Source of the DNA: Phoronis australis
Lineage: Eukaryota > Animalia > Phoronida
DNA: 64,000 bases
Assembly: GCA_002633005.1 (NCBI GenBank)
Contig: NMRA01000119.1
Coordinates: 434,001-498,000 of the forward strand
Direction of reading: 5' to 3'
In this document: positions 50,865 through 64,000 of the stretch, piece by piece
Layout: every line of letters starts with the position of its first letter
How positions within the stretch are numbered: the stretch's first letter is position 1
Position numbers and translations under genes: made by a program
Notes under the pieces: generated by a model
What the model saw: the letters and a program-made list of their open reading frames with translations, nothing else
Told to the model about the DNA's origin: nothing
The model's database searches: none

Positions 50865-51320
50865 TCAACAAATACTAGAGAAGCGCCGTGAACATGCACA
50901 GGCAACGGAACGTATGGATAGTTCTTTGGTAAGCCGGAATTCGTCAGAGAAATCACTGTCGACGAAATGCCGGCCACAGACACGGAGATGTTTCACGGCC
51001 TCATACTTGCTATTAACAGAGTACTTTTTATTCTTCACTGCCGCGAGCCACTTCCTAAGCATTTAGGGCTCTCGAGGAAGTCGAAAAAACGATATACCCG
51101 CTTTCTTCGCAGCTTCATAGTTCGGACAAGCGGAAACGATTTACCGCAATATAGAGGCATTCACTCAGCAGACGAACCACTGACGTCGTTTCTCACCTTC
51201 CTCATAGGTTAGCGCGACACCTGTCGGCAAGGTGAGGTCGACCGTATTAGAGGCGATGTGGATATAGGCCGATTAAGACGGTAAAAGAGACTAATTAAAT
51301 CGGATAGCATTCTCCTTTAA
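50865..51320 (-). mobile_element. THAP-domain relic at the left end of a Kolobok-like DNA transposon
   Basis: MPLYC(fs)CPNYEAAKKAGISFFRLPREP*MLRKWLAAV...LRVCGRHFVDSDF is a C2CH THAP pattern with a frameshift and a stop; terminus ttaa|aggagaatgctatccg at 51320-51301; no second end found. Confidence 0.7.
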
Positions 51321-54300
51321 AATTAAACGAAAAATAAGGACAGCTGCTGGCAAGGAAACCCTTCTTCAACTTTGTGCATTATTTATGAGTGCATGCACGT
51401 GTGCACATTGTACAATGTGTTTCAGCTCTTTTAAACATCAGTGCTTGTGTAGCATCGGGTTTGTGTAATTAGTCTTAAAAGTGTTCGGAATAACATATGT
51501 ACGACGAGTGATGAAATCTTAGATTAATATTTCAAGACAAAGGAACAATTATGGTGTCATACCATGCGCGCATAAAGGTGGACCAAAGACCCCTGAGGAC
51601 ACACCCACGGACGACCAAAAAACGCCGCCAGCATATCGTTTCTGGGCGTTACGCGCCCATTTTCCTTTAAAATGTGTTTAACCCCCCTTTCAGAGACCGC
51701 TTGTAATGCACGCTGACTTTTGCCCTCCTAAATGTGTGGTTGGGCCTTTCTGCGACATCCTAGATTCGCCACTGTAGACTCGAAGTAAATACCCACTCGT
51801 GAGTCAAAAAATAGACCCACATGTTTGTAAATCAGGTTTTGCGAATTCAATGCACTTCTAAAATTCAGTGCTCATACAAGGTGATACGGTGGGGATTGGA
51901 CACCTAGGTACCTCTAATTTACAGCACTGCCTGACTTCCCGCCATTCAGCGCTATTTGCCTCTACAATCGTGCTTTGCGCGATTGTTTAAGAGACAAAAT
52001 GTTGGGCCCCCTTGTGATATCCTAGATCCGCCACTGTATAACAACAATGGCTTAGCATTATCACGCGTCACGTTGTTATTGGTGAACAATGCTCCTGACG
52101 TCATGCAACAATCAAACTTATCCAGCGGATAATTCTGGAGTTTTATGCAACCCATCCCAGATGTACGTGTTTGTTCAATTTGATTGGCTTACGTATTGTC
52201 AATTACACTGCGCACTGTGTCTTCGACACACGTGTGGCTAGGCTGCTGTATATCAGTCACAACTCCCGTAAAACATTATTAGCCAGTCAATGAGTTCCGA
52301 TCAGTGACGTTTTCTATGACATTTACACATTTGTGTTAGTATTTGACCTATGCTCAGTGCAGATTGTTACTTCAAACACGTCCGCTTGAAAGAGAAAACA
52401 ATGTGACAAAGTGCTGGAGATTTGTTTAGTAACACCTTTGCGGCTCATTAATGGAAATTGTTTCCCCTGACTACAAAAAACCCGTAGTGGTTTGCATATT
52501 TTAAGGGTACTTTTATGTCATTAAAAGTTATCCTGCGTCATCGCACCCATACAAATACAACCTCTGCTGGTGTTAGTCGTAAAAAAGGAACAGGCCCATT
52601 CGATCACGGTCGTGAACATCAAGTCCTGGTAAGTTTTTGCTCAGATTTTTTTGGGAATATTGCTGCAAGTACAATCCGCATAAAGCGCTAGTATTGCTAA
52701 GGACATTTAGTCAAAGACATGCTGTTAATGCTCTTGTTTTGCTGCCAATGTATTTTTCTTTTTTCCAAAATTTGCTGAGAGGCACGCACCGGGATACAAT
52801 TAGTAGGAGATTGGTAAAAAGTAAATTAAAACATATTTTACTGTTTTTTCTATTTTTTAGAAAATATACTTTACTGAGCTAAAGTTTATAGTTTTGTAGA
52901 TATATGGCTAAATATACATCCTTGTCGATAAGGTCCTACATAACCTTATAGAATGGGATGCTAAAAGTGCCTTAGTTTTCGATTTTGGTTCCCCCTTCAA
53001 GCTGTCAACCATCATTGGCAGGTACCCGGACAAAGCTTTAAACCTAGCCCTTTATAAACCTGGTGCCACAAAAATCGATAAAAAATTCCACTCGAAGGGG
53101 GTTTGCATGACAACAGAAACACCCAGTAAAAACCTGCATAATTTTATATCTGAACGAGGTTCTAGACACGATTAAGAGGCAATTGATGTAAATCCTAGCT
53201 GTTTAAAATTAGTTGTAAAGGTACCAAAGTATTCAAATATATTCTAAAATGCATTTGGGTTACTTTTGAAAAATTGCGTGCATCGCTGGCTTGCCTGGCT
53301 TATACAGTGTTTTTGATTATTCTTGGAAAATTGCTTGCTTCAATGGCTTGCCTCATACCGCGTTGTCGACCACAGATTCGGAGTGCGATCACACATGATA
53401 ATCTGCCGTTAATATCCGTCTTGGCAGTCAGCTGTTGGGTGAATGACTGCGAGCGCATGCGGGAATTTATCATAAGTGGGAGGAAAATTACAAACTCTGT
53501 GGTGACTACAAAGTTTTTCCTTCGCGCGTATTTCAAAATCATGAAACTTGTGATTTTTTCTGGAAATTACATCACAGGGTGAATTACTCTGTAGCAGACG
53601 TTGCGACATGGTACTTTGTTCAAGAATAGTTTAAACGAATTTTGACAGGTGTACGGTTCGCGTTCCATGCCTATTTAAGAATTCCAAACTTCTGACTTTT
53701 GGTACAAGGTGCTCTGGCTATATCCTTATTACTACCGTCTTTGGTCTTTAGGACAGGGACATTAGGATACCACGTATTTGAATGTGTTTGGTAAAGGGGG
53801 GGTTTTGTTTTAATTCACAGATATTTTATGAGAAATTGCTTGCATGAAGAGGTGGTAACTGTGCATATTACTTTGAATTTCATATTGTCAGTTTCAATAT
53901 AGAGGTTACAAAATCATGTTTAACGCCTTCGCTAAGAATTTGCCAGTAAGCCTTCACGAATTCTTCACGCGAACAGCCACCAAAGATCCAACTGTTCCAA
54001 CATCTTCCAATCGCTCTCCATATGCGTGTTTCGACTTGAAATCAAGGTATAAGTGTGACAATATATTTCGTAAAAAGACTTTAGCAAAGCACATCCTTGT
54101 TAAATGGTAAATTTTCACTTGACAAGTTTTCCTTTGGAAGTGAAAAGTAACGGACGCAGTCAAGAGATTCGGCAAACTTGTAGACCAGTGTGATGTGTAA
54201 TTCTGTGGGTTTCAAGAAATTTGGGGCTCTCCTAGTGACCGACTAATGACTGCCATTTTACAGGAACTGTTTCGCAACCGCTTTCCAGCCAATATTTATT

Positions 54301-55688
54301 ATATTTGACGCCATGCACAAATTTTGTCCCTTGTCTGTTATGTTTGTGTAACGTGCCTGGAAGCAGATCTTCTGCGTCGGATGCCAGTGTTCAAGACAAT
54401 TTGCTGAATTCACAAAAGGAACACATTTTTCTTGCACCAGAATCCCAGCTACACAGCGAGAACATTGTTTTAAAATTAACGCGTGTCTTTGAGTAAATAA
54501 CGACAAATTTATCCAACGTTATTTACTTACGCGGTAATTTTTAAGTTCACGCTTCTGGCCTAAAACAAATGAAAACAGTCACAGATAACAATAGTTCAAA
54601 TTCGCAACCTCATACGATTTTCAAATAATCATTTCTTTTATATAGCAGATAAATATATTCCATCTAAAAATTCTTTGTTTTTGGTAATGTTCACCTTGGC
54701 AAAGCGGGACAACAACAATAGAATAACGCAATGCGTATTTGGTTTGCCTCTGTCAACATTCTCACAAAACTGTAACTATGCTTTGACCAGCAGGATTGAC
54801 TGCTCCCCAAGTACAACACAAAAAAGAAATAAGGTAAAATTGTGCATGCGTTGGAGGTAGTTATTAGGCTGTGCATTGTAATTTTGCCAGTGTACTCGCA
54901 AAAATGCCTGTATGCTAGACATATCAGACCACAAAAATTAAGATATATTTAAAAAGCCGTCATCAATCTTGTTCAGAGCCAGGGGTCTAAAATTTTTACT
55001 CGAAATTGAATTCGAAGTTAGTTTTAACATTTTCCAGCCTCCTTTAATGATTGAAAAATCTTAAAAATAGTTCGATTTTGATTTCGAGTAAACATATTAC
55101 TCCCCAGGCCACGGTATTAAACATATGAACTTTTGATCTTCAAACATAATTTCATTGTGATAAAAATAGCTTGAAATTAAATTCCCTTAACAGTCACACT
55201 GTCAGCGAATGAAACAAACCCATCTCGTTGAAGCAATAGTGACCAGTCAGTTCTTAAAGTCTGGAATTTCTTTCTAATCTGACTTAGGAACACGTTCAAG
55301 CCAATTGTATCAAATTTAGGACAATAAAACGCCTGAATAAAAGGTTGGTTTTGACTGGGTGTTTGGGAAATACAGGATAATGATCGTCATGAGGTGACCA
55401 ATCAGCCTTCGCTGCTAAGTTACTAAACGTCATTTCATGACCAATCATCACCAGAATAGATCACACCCGTCTCTGCTGAGGTGCTAGTTTAGGAAGCAGC
55501 CAGGCATGAGTTTCTGTGGTGTAGAAATTCAAGTACCACACATATTTTTCAGATTGTCAAAAAACTGTCTGTTCGACACCCATTGTTTACTCAGTACTTG
55601 GTCAAGGAAACACGTGATCTCACAAGTTAGAGGACATACGTGTACAAATGATACATTCTATCTATTTTCTACGTGTTTACAGAAAAAA

Positions 55689-56233
55689 ATGAACAACCTC
55701 AAGTTTTTGACAGTTTTGCTGTTAGTCTGCACCGCCATGGAGTTCGTCGACGCCAGGTATTTATTCAGTCGACTAATTCAGTTTTGCATTTGTGGGTATT
55801 AGTAAGAATCAGTGTTTCCAAGTTGTATAAAAACTCTAAAAGAACCAACGATGAAGTCAAACTTGAATAATCGCAATACAGAAACCCACATCAATATGTA
55901 ATCATCCAAATGCAAATGTATAAAAAAGATTATATTCGTTTTATAAAACTTCATTTAAGGAATTTATCGTAACATGAAATCGCAACATGCCTTTGAGACT
56001 GTATTTCTCAAATCAAATGAAAACTTTGTCGTAACGCCGAAGTGAGCTAAATATTCCTCAACAGAATTCACACGTCTTATTTCTCCACTTTGGTCGTCAT
56101 TTATGCGTCTTTCTTCTTCAGGATTCCCCCACCGGGTCTCGTCGCCGACAAGACCGTCAACGCCGCTCTGACTAAGCGAGAGGCAGCCGTGCCAGACGCG
56201 GCTGAGGTGAAGCTGGCAGCCAAACGACGCTAA
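55689..56233 (+). CDS. Unrecognised 59-aa secreted peptide precursor (coding exons 55689-55756 and 56122-56233)
   Basis: MNNLKFLTVLLLVCTAMEFVDA-RIPPPGLVADKTVNAALT-KR-EAAVPDAAEVKLAA-KRR*; aaaATG context, cag|gtattt donor, polypyrimidine ttcttcttcag acceptor, phase-2 join in frame, GC-rich exon 2 in AT-rich flanks. Confidence 0.72.
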
Positions 56234-56975
56234 CCGCCTGGCGTACGTAGAATGTAGGGTTTTTCTTGTCAATGTCATTGTTATATTATTTGCAAGGCAG
56301 CTCACTTGGCCATATTGGTTTACACAATTCATCATATATTGTGTGTACCAGTTATAGTAACCACGATTGCGAAAAATTTCAAGAAAACACGTTATATCGC
56401 TTTCGTGGCTACGAAGCATCTTCAGGAGAACGAATGTTCAGATAGGAAGTCAGTTACACCAACCACTTCGACGGTCACTGTTTTGCTAGAATAGTATGGC
56501 AAGCTCCCGAACATACTCGCGAAATTTCCCTCACACAATATTACGAGATCTTGCATTTCTCACAAGAAACTTTATGCTGAATGTTCTCCTAGTTCAGGTT
56601 GCCTTTCAGTTAATAGTGAGTTTTAACATTGCCGAAGAGTCTTAAGGAATAGTTTTCCGTTGTGATTGTCTCAGATAATTATCCTAGTATAGGCCACCAC
56701 CAACAGAGAGATAGTACGTCTCTCCATCCAATGCAAATTAGTTCTACTCATAGGTTTTACCTGTCGGAAAAACGAATCACGAGGATTTTGTCTCGCTGTG
56801 CTTGAGTAACGCAGAATGGCGATTCTTAACCAACTACTTTTCATAATTATGACCTACATTTCACAGCTTCTGACGTCATTCGGATGGCGTGCGATTTGCC
56901 GCAGGTGATGAGAGAGATCGTGAACCAGGAAGTGTAGATCCCTGATCTAAGATGGCGAATTTGATTGGGATTTTC

Positions 56976-59900
56976 CATATTTCTTATGTCTGACGTTGAA
57001 TCAACTCTTTGCTCTAAACCCAACTTAAAAAGATTAATGTATAAGAATGACTAAGATGAGAGCGTTCAGAAAATTTTTCGAACGTGGTTTGGTGGCTGGT
57101 CTAAAAGCGGGTATTGTCATTAAGAAAGTGACTCGTTCACCAAACAAGTCAGCCAAATAAGCAGATTCGTTTTGCTGTTCGCGAGATTAATGGTCAATAG
57201 ATGTCACATAAAAACTTTTGCTGTTCACTGGTCAAACAAACTGATCGCCAGTAATAATAGGAGACGATTAGGCTTACATGAACGTCTGTATTTCGTCGAA
57301 GAGCAACCTGGAGAGGAGAACCAAGTACACAAATAATGGCGCAACGTCTCTTTAACTTTAAATGGACAACGTTCGTACGGACTCCAGAACTATAACGGAT
57401 AAAGTCTATAGTACTTAAGGTCTATAAATACGAAAGGGTTATAGTGACGAACTATAAGAACAAACATTTTAATGTGTTTTGAATTAAAATTAAAAACAAA
57501 GTCCTGTAGACGTGCTGGGAGGCGACGGGTCCTCGTAGAGCGTCGAGGAGGGACATCAACTGCTTCGGAAGTGACATCAAGTGGACCGGAGTTGATAGGC
57601 ACAGCCAAATTCTCGGACGGTGTATGATCGACCGGGGCCAATTCAGAGCGAGCTTCGGGAGCGGGAGGCTCAAGTGGAGGTTGTGAGATGGGCGTTGGCC
57701 TTGAGGATAGTGGCGTAACAGGATTGCCATCGTCACCTCGTTCAAAGCTGGAAGAGGAAGCCCCGAGGATAGTGAGGGGACCATCTCGTGAGGGACTTTG
57801 TAGCACTCCGTATCCGTAACACGATAGGATGTGGAACGAAGTTGGTTGCCAATAAATTTCTGAATGTTGAGCCAAGAGCCGTCGCGACTAACCACGAGAT
57901 AGCGAGGACGGGAGCGGGTCTCGTCGTGATCACCATAGAGATAAACTAAATCCCCAGCTGTAGCGTTGCTCGTGGGAGGGAGTCTAGCTATAGGAGCCTT
58001 AGCTCTCGAGCTGGGTTCATGGTTCCTTTCACGTTTGGGTCGCTGTGCCTCAATCAGGTTGAGTTCGGTGACGGGTATTTGGTCGCAGGTAAATTGGTCA
58101 CGTTGGAATAGCATCTCTCGGGCAGATAATCCTCTGGAACGTAGCCGACTGCTAAGTCGGGCAACTGCGAGTGAAAGTTGCAAAGATGTTACCTTGCCAT
58201 GGACGAAGTGTGCACGTAGTAACTCATCGGAAAGATCTTCACTAGCCTTTTCAGCGACTGGGTTGTGATTGGGATTCTTAACGCGGCCAAGTTCAATAGT
58301 AATCCCTGTGTCGTTTAAGGAGATCATTGTCCTTCAGAGCACTGAAGCCTGGAGCCTAATCGGTACGGACAACTAATGGAGGACCATCCAAAGGACAAAG
58401 TTCTATGCACATTTGAAGAAGACAATCTCGTAAGTCGTCACGGCGTTCACTCTCGACAATGCGTGAGACCGGGTGTAGGAGGACACACATTCCCGCAGCA
58501 CGAGGATCAATTGGCGATCACTTTTCATGACATCTGTAGCGAAAGATAGACCGACGGTGGGGCGAGGGTCAGACAAATCTGTGATCAACGTCTTGGGGAA
58601 TTTTTGAAGGGAGCAACACTGGTGGCAAGATTTGGAAAATCTGTAAATGGCGGAGTCCAAGTCGAGGGCGTAGAAGTAACGTTGGGTAACTAGCCTCAGC
58701 TAATTGGATGAGGGATGATCCAAGCGGAGGTGAAGAGCCATGAGTAAACCGTTTACGACAGAACGGGGAACAACTACGCATTCGCGAGTCGGGGAGAGGG
58801 GTGCATTTCTACGGACAACTAGTAAACCGTCGCTAGCTACCTTGACAATGTTTAGCTAACGCTTCACATCAGTCAGCTTCGTACTGGGACGCGTACCCTG
58901 AGTGAGATGAGCTTGAGTACGGTGAATGTCCGAGCACTCGGTTTGGATACTATGCCAACCAGAGCGGGTAGTGAACGGAAGCCTCGACACACCCGATAAG
59001 ACGTCATCTGTGGAAGAATGAAAGACCACACAATCTTCGGTAGAGCCCACGAAGGAGCATACCTGGCACGCCATGTCTGAACACTCAATACTATATCGGC
59101 TTGCGAAGTCTGGTGCGGTGTTCGCGGCACCTGAAACATGGCGAACAGTAGCTTGGAACCGAGATACAGCTGACAAAAATGTAGACACTCGAGGGCTCAA
59201 AGAAAATTCACCTCTACATAAGCGATCAAAGGCCTGTACACTTAGCTTAGTGTCAGTGAGAACCGTAGCACGATGCTGGGACTGGATGAGGTATGGGCTG
59301 AGGTGCTTCAAGCCCATATCAATTGCCAAAGCTTCAACTTCACAGGGAAGCCAAAGTACTTGGCGGGACTTAAGTTTGGCACTGAAGAAGGAAGCAATCT
59401 TGGGCTTTCCTTATCTCGTAACATATAGGGTAGCTACTATCCCTGGGTGCTTGGCAGAGGCGTCTGTCACAATCCATAGGTTATCCTCAGGACCGGGAGT
59501 GTGATGATCTTTAAGACGAGAGTGCCTTCTGGGTGGCAGAAAATGCACTGATTAATTCATCAGACCATTTCAATGGATCCTTGGAATCGCGAGCTGAAAT
59601 AGCATCATCCAGTGGAGACATATAGGCGGAGAAATGAAAGATAACCCTAGACAGAACATTGAAGGCACCAATGAATGAACGCATCTGACCCACGGTTGTA
59701 GGCTTGTTGCAGGAACCAAGAGTAGCGATGTGATGACTGCTAGCATGAAGGGTGCCACCGGAAGAGGAGTAACCAAATTATACGTACGGACAAAGTACAA
59801 AAAATAATGGCGGATAATAAACCGGTTAATATTCCGGCACATTTTAGTTTCAAAAACTAAAAGTTTTGGAAGCTCGAGCAACCAATAAGAAGTGTTTTGT

Positions 59901-60655
59901 CACCCACTTGAAATAGGACGATGAAAATTACTGTTTCTTTTATCTCATTTTAAGAGCTTCTGTCAATCCTCGGGGGTGTTGACTTTAAGCATCTATGCAG
60001 TTATTTTTAAGAGGTTTGTACCTTCAGCTGGTTGACAGCTGTGAATTGAGCAGAGAAGTGAAAAGTAGTTAGACACCTTCATATTTCTTATGTCTGACGT
60101 TGAATCAACTCTTTGCTATAAACCCAGCTTAAAAAGATTAATGTATAAGAATAAGTTAAGATGAGAGCGTTCAGAGAATTCTCGAACGTGCTTTGGTGGC
60201 TGGTCTAAAAGCGGGTATTGTCATTAAGAAAGCGATGACTGCTAGCCTGAAGGGTGCCACCTTCCCATATCCAACCTAGGATAGTCGTGCGCTTGGGGGA
60301 AATGACCGGAAGAGGAGAAACCAAATTATACGTACGGACAAAGTACAAAAAATAATGGCGGATAATAAACCGGTTAATATTCTGGCACATTTTAGTTTCA
60401 AAAACTAAAAGTTTTGGAAGCTCTAGCAACCAATAAGAAGTGTTTTGTCACCCACTTGAAATAGGACGATGAAAATTACTGTTTCTTTTATGTCATCCTC
60501 GGGGGTGTTGAGTTTAAGCATCTATGCAGTTATTTATAACAGGTGTGTACCTACCGCTGGTTGACAGCTGTGAATTGAGCAGAGAAGTGGAAAGTAGTTG
60601 GACACCTTTGTATTCAATTTTTATCCCATGACACTGCCATTTGGACACCTTCATA
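56976..60655 (+). repeat. Tandem duplication with reciprocal internal deletions (unit A about 56976-60079, unit B about 60080-60655)
   Basis: 56976-57130 matches 60080-60232; 59731-60079 matches 60233-60655. Confidence 0.88.
57490..59757 (-). mobile_element. Decayed Ty3/Gypsy LTR retrotransposon pol (RT end, RNase H, integrase)
   Basis: QMRSFIGAFNVLSR, VTDAS...WLPCEVEALAI...VLTDTK (RNase H), H...H...CHQC zinc finger, FATDVMK, RTD*APGF, NPVAEK, terminal PRRSTRTRRLPARLQDF; RT-RH-INT order; stops and frameshifts. Confidence 0.92.
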
Positions 60656-61831
60656 TTCAATTTGTAGCTTATAACACTGCAAATGTTTGGGGAGCACATG
60701 CCCCCTGACTGTGTCAACGTACCTTTTAAAGCGACTATAAACCTACGTTTCGCCCAAAAAAGTTTCCACCAATTACTGACCGTTGCGAAATAGCTCTCAA
60801 ATTGCTCCTTAGTCACATCGTAGGAAGATACAGGGTCTCAAAAAATGACACTTCGAATGATTAGTGATTGCAACCAAGTTGGGCTACCAGGGCGGTTCCA
60901 TTTTATGTGTCCAGCATGACCATACCATGGGCGGCGCAGCACTGAAATAAGTGGGGTGCTATAGCCCGCCCAGCCCCCTATGGTGCGCCGCCGATGGCAT
61001 GAAAGGAGCGCTTTATGGCAGCCTCAATTACCCTGCTCAAATGTAGGCATTGCGCAGATCGTAATAACAAAAGTGACGCATAACTATGGAGTAAATCAAC
61101 CCAAAATCCTGGAAGTCCAGCGAATGTTCGTGAGCAAAGTACGCTGCTCACGTGATAAGAAATGTCATTAACGCAAAAAGACCGGAGTCACTGCTCACTA
61201 GGAACTGAAGTGCAGTTGACGAGACTACTGCTGTTCCCCCAGTGTCTACTCCATTTTGGAGACGATGGTAGTTACCAGATTTAGACATTTTCCAAGAAAT
61301 GCTGTGCCTATTATGTCATTTTGTATCTATGAGCATCCCTTGACTAGTACCGTTTGCACTGCACTATGGGCGCACGTCAATGCTTCGTGATGCTCGTGTG
61401 CTTCGTATGAGCACAAGTTAGGCCTTATTGACCATTTTCTTCTGAAGTAGCCTACATTATTATTATATACAGATGTGTGAATTGATTATGCAGAAATATG
61501 AGACACTTGAATTCATATTCAAATGCGCACCTTGTGTTTTGGGTCGTGAAATTCACTCCGAATATCGCTGTACTCGTCTGCGCACATCAATTTACTCAGG
61601 CACATATTAGATGTTGAGTTCATACTTCAACAGAAAACGTTGAAGTTCGATTTCGAAAGGAGAGATCGGACGTTTTGGTCCAGGGTGTGATCTCCGAACT
61701 CAGACTTGACTTAACTCAGACTGAGTCGAATTGTAACCAAAAACACTGTACTCAAGTAATAAATTGTAACTTAATCGAATCGCATCATGACATGCAATTG
61801 ATCAGTTTTCAAGACTAACTACCATCTATGC

Positions 61832-62050
61832 GGAGGCAGCGTGGCCTGGTTGATAAGTGCCCGCTTTCTTTACTCGAGGTCATGGGTTCAAGTCTCACCA
61901 AGTCACACTGCTCAGCTCGGTTTTAACCATATATTAATAAAGCATGAAAATATTTCCAGGTGATCAGTGCAATGGGCCCACATGCGAGGTTTGCGCACGT
62001 CTGGTACAACGTGTATCAGACCACCTGCAATTACTTTTTTATATTATTTT
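61832..62050 (+). mobile_element. tRNA-derived SINE
   Basis: A box tggcctggttg, B box ggttcaagtc, body matches the reverse complement of 40015-40264, T/A-rich tail. Confidence 0.85.
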
Positions 62051-64000
62051 AACTATGCGGCACGTTTCTAGGAGTTGTGCAACTAATATGATATGGTCCG
62101 TGGTGGTCCGTTTTCACTTGTGTCAATTCCGATGTTTAGTGATGACGTATGTGGCACTATTATGACGCATTCGGACCCACAAATGCAATGTACAGTCACA
62201 TCACATTTTCAAAAATTTTGCAAATCTTGGATTTTTTCAGATTCAAATTAACCACAAGGGCAACTTAGCACTCGATTTTTTTTTTTAAATTATGCGTTTT
62301 GATTAATCGGTGTGCTCCGACAACGGTTACACTCAGTGTGTGCTCCCCGATAGATGAGAAGGAGTAAGATTGTCCAGATCTGTAGCCAATATAACAATGT
62401 TCCAGGTCCTTAATAATTTACAGCGATACATAAATTTGACCTAACTATTATCAATACTGTTTTTAATTGATGCATTTTAATTGTATTTGACTGGGTCCGA
62501 AACGTCAAAATGATATACTAATTACAAGGCTAATTTGATTGGCATTTTTATTCATTGTTACAGTTTTGGTGTTAGCCATAGACAGATCTGCTACGGCCGC
62601 AAGCTCCAACAGTTCAAATCATTGGTGTATGTTTAGACATTGGTTAGCAAATATAATACAATTCCAAAAAGTCACATCTCGTTGTTAATTACTTACGTTC
62701 ATAACCGATAACTAAATGAATTTGCCAAATGTCTAAATTGTATTGGTGGTTAAATATCAAGTTATATGTAAATATAAGCTATTTAATATTTGTACTTTAT
62801 TACAAAGAGCATTTTAATTTAATTTTAAAATCTGTCTCATCCAAAAAAATTCCCGAAAATGCGTTTCTTCAGTGTCATTTTGATTTTTTATCATTCAGTA
62901 TGTTGAGTATGATTTTATGAATTGCTTCAATTTCTGAATAGACAGCAGACAGCGCCACCTCTCGGTACCATATTAGGGGAATATAAAATGTGCAACTTGA
63001 AAATATGAGGAATTTTCAAAATATCCAATGTTTGCAGATAATTCTCGTCACACAGAAAAATTGCGTTAACGAGTGTTTCAGAGCTGCAGCGGACAATGAA
63101 GCTGTTGTTATTATCATTTCATAGTCCAAAACCTGGTTTAGTATAAATATTAATAATTCGCAATACATTTAGAAATCTTACCTCATAAACTTATAAGGAG
63201 CACGCTACCGAATGTATTAGTTTTTTTACATATGCACTATTTCACCTAACGCAATGGAAAAGAAATAGTCCTCTCTTTCAGAACAGAAATTCGCTTAACA
63301 ATTACAACCATGACACAAAGCAACTTACAGAGACAAGAAACAGGTTCCAAAAAGTCAAAACGTCATACCCGACGAAAGTTTAAAGCCAGCAAATATAAAC
63401 AAACTACCCACAAAGTAGGCGTACCTTCCAATTTTTGCTCTTAATTTCCATGAAACAAATTGAAAATAATTCAAACACACTTATATGTTCACCACGACAT
63501 TCCTGGCAATTTTATTTTGACAAAAATTTGACAAATACACATGAATACCACCTAGCCATATTACAACAGTTTACATGCTGAAATTGTCACCATCCTGTGC
63601 AGAGATTATGGGATGTCCTTGGTAACAAAACACCAGACCATACAGATATATGATTATGGAGGGCCTAATCGATAAGTCTGTACATTTTAGTCAAATATCT
63701 TCAAAATAAAGAAATTTTAATAAAACTCGATAATGTCTTCTGAAAGTAAAAAGCCTGTAGGCGGCCAACTGTCATTAATTGGATCACACGAACATGCAGG
63801 GCCAGGCATGGCAAAACAACAGTATCAACAACAGGGTCAAATTTCATTTGAAATCTATGCTTAAGATGAAATTTGAAAAAAAAAACGCTGTGAAAGTTAC
63901 ATAAAATAGCATTTGTTTTCGTTTAATGGAACTTTTGAATTCATTCATAAAAATCGGAAAACCCCTACTTTTTATAGACCTTCATGCAAAAGTGGAATAT

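Noticed and set aside
53900-54510. Several overlapping 63-82 aa ORFs
   Set aside because: No motif, splice chain or family that I can recognise.
55964-56419. 151-aa minus-strand ORF as a gene
   Set aside because: No recognisable domain; it is best explained as the antisense shadow of the GC-rich peptide-precursor exon.
61832-61905. tRNA genes here and at about 40195-40264, 12982-13040 and 18800-18870
   Set aside because: No complete cloverleaf could be folded by eye, and each continues into a shared repeat body, so they are SINE or repeat heads.
63100-63800. Possible exons of a further gene at the right edge (e.g. minus-strand donor near 63180)
   Set aside because: Isolated splice-like signals without a supportable reading frame.

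Overview
AT-rich, intron-rich, repeat-dense metazoan genomic DNA (probably a marine invertebrate) from a draft assembly, with one 226-N gap and five single-N positions. Almost all ORFs in the supplied track are spurious; real genes had to be spliced by hand. I reconstructed three genes with GT-AG junctions and consistent phases. (1) A complete 12-exon purple acid phosphatase (ACP7-like, 491 aa, minus strand, 751-10737) with an unusual basic C-terminal tail containing Gly-dibasic motifs. (2) A 10-exon BBOX/TMLHE-family Fe(II)/2-oxoglutarate dioxygenase (431 aa, plus strand, 30205-45769) with a mitochondrial-type presequence and four decayed copies of exon 8 in the next intron. (3) A two-coding-exon, 59-aa secreted peptide precursor (55689-56233) that is not represented as a complete ORF in the track and that I do not recognise. 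The rest consists of MITEs with readable TIRs/TSDs (hAT-like, Harbinger-like, and a 9-bp-TSD family), a tRNA-derived SINE, a decayed Ty3/Gypsy pol inside a rearranged tandem duplication, a THAP/Kolobok-like relic, other transposon relics, and duplicated blocks next to single-N joins that probably represent two haplotypes. All identifications come from manual reading and motif recall; no database search was run.
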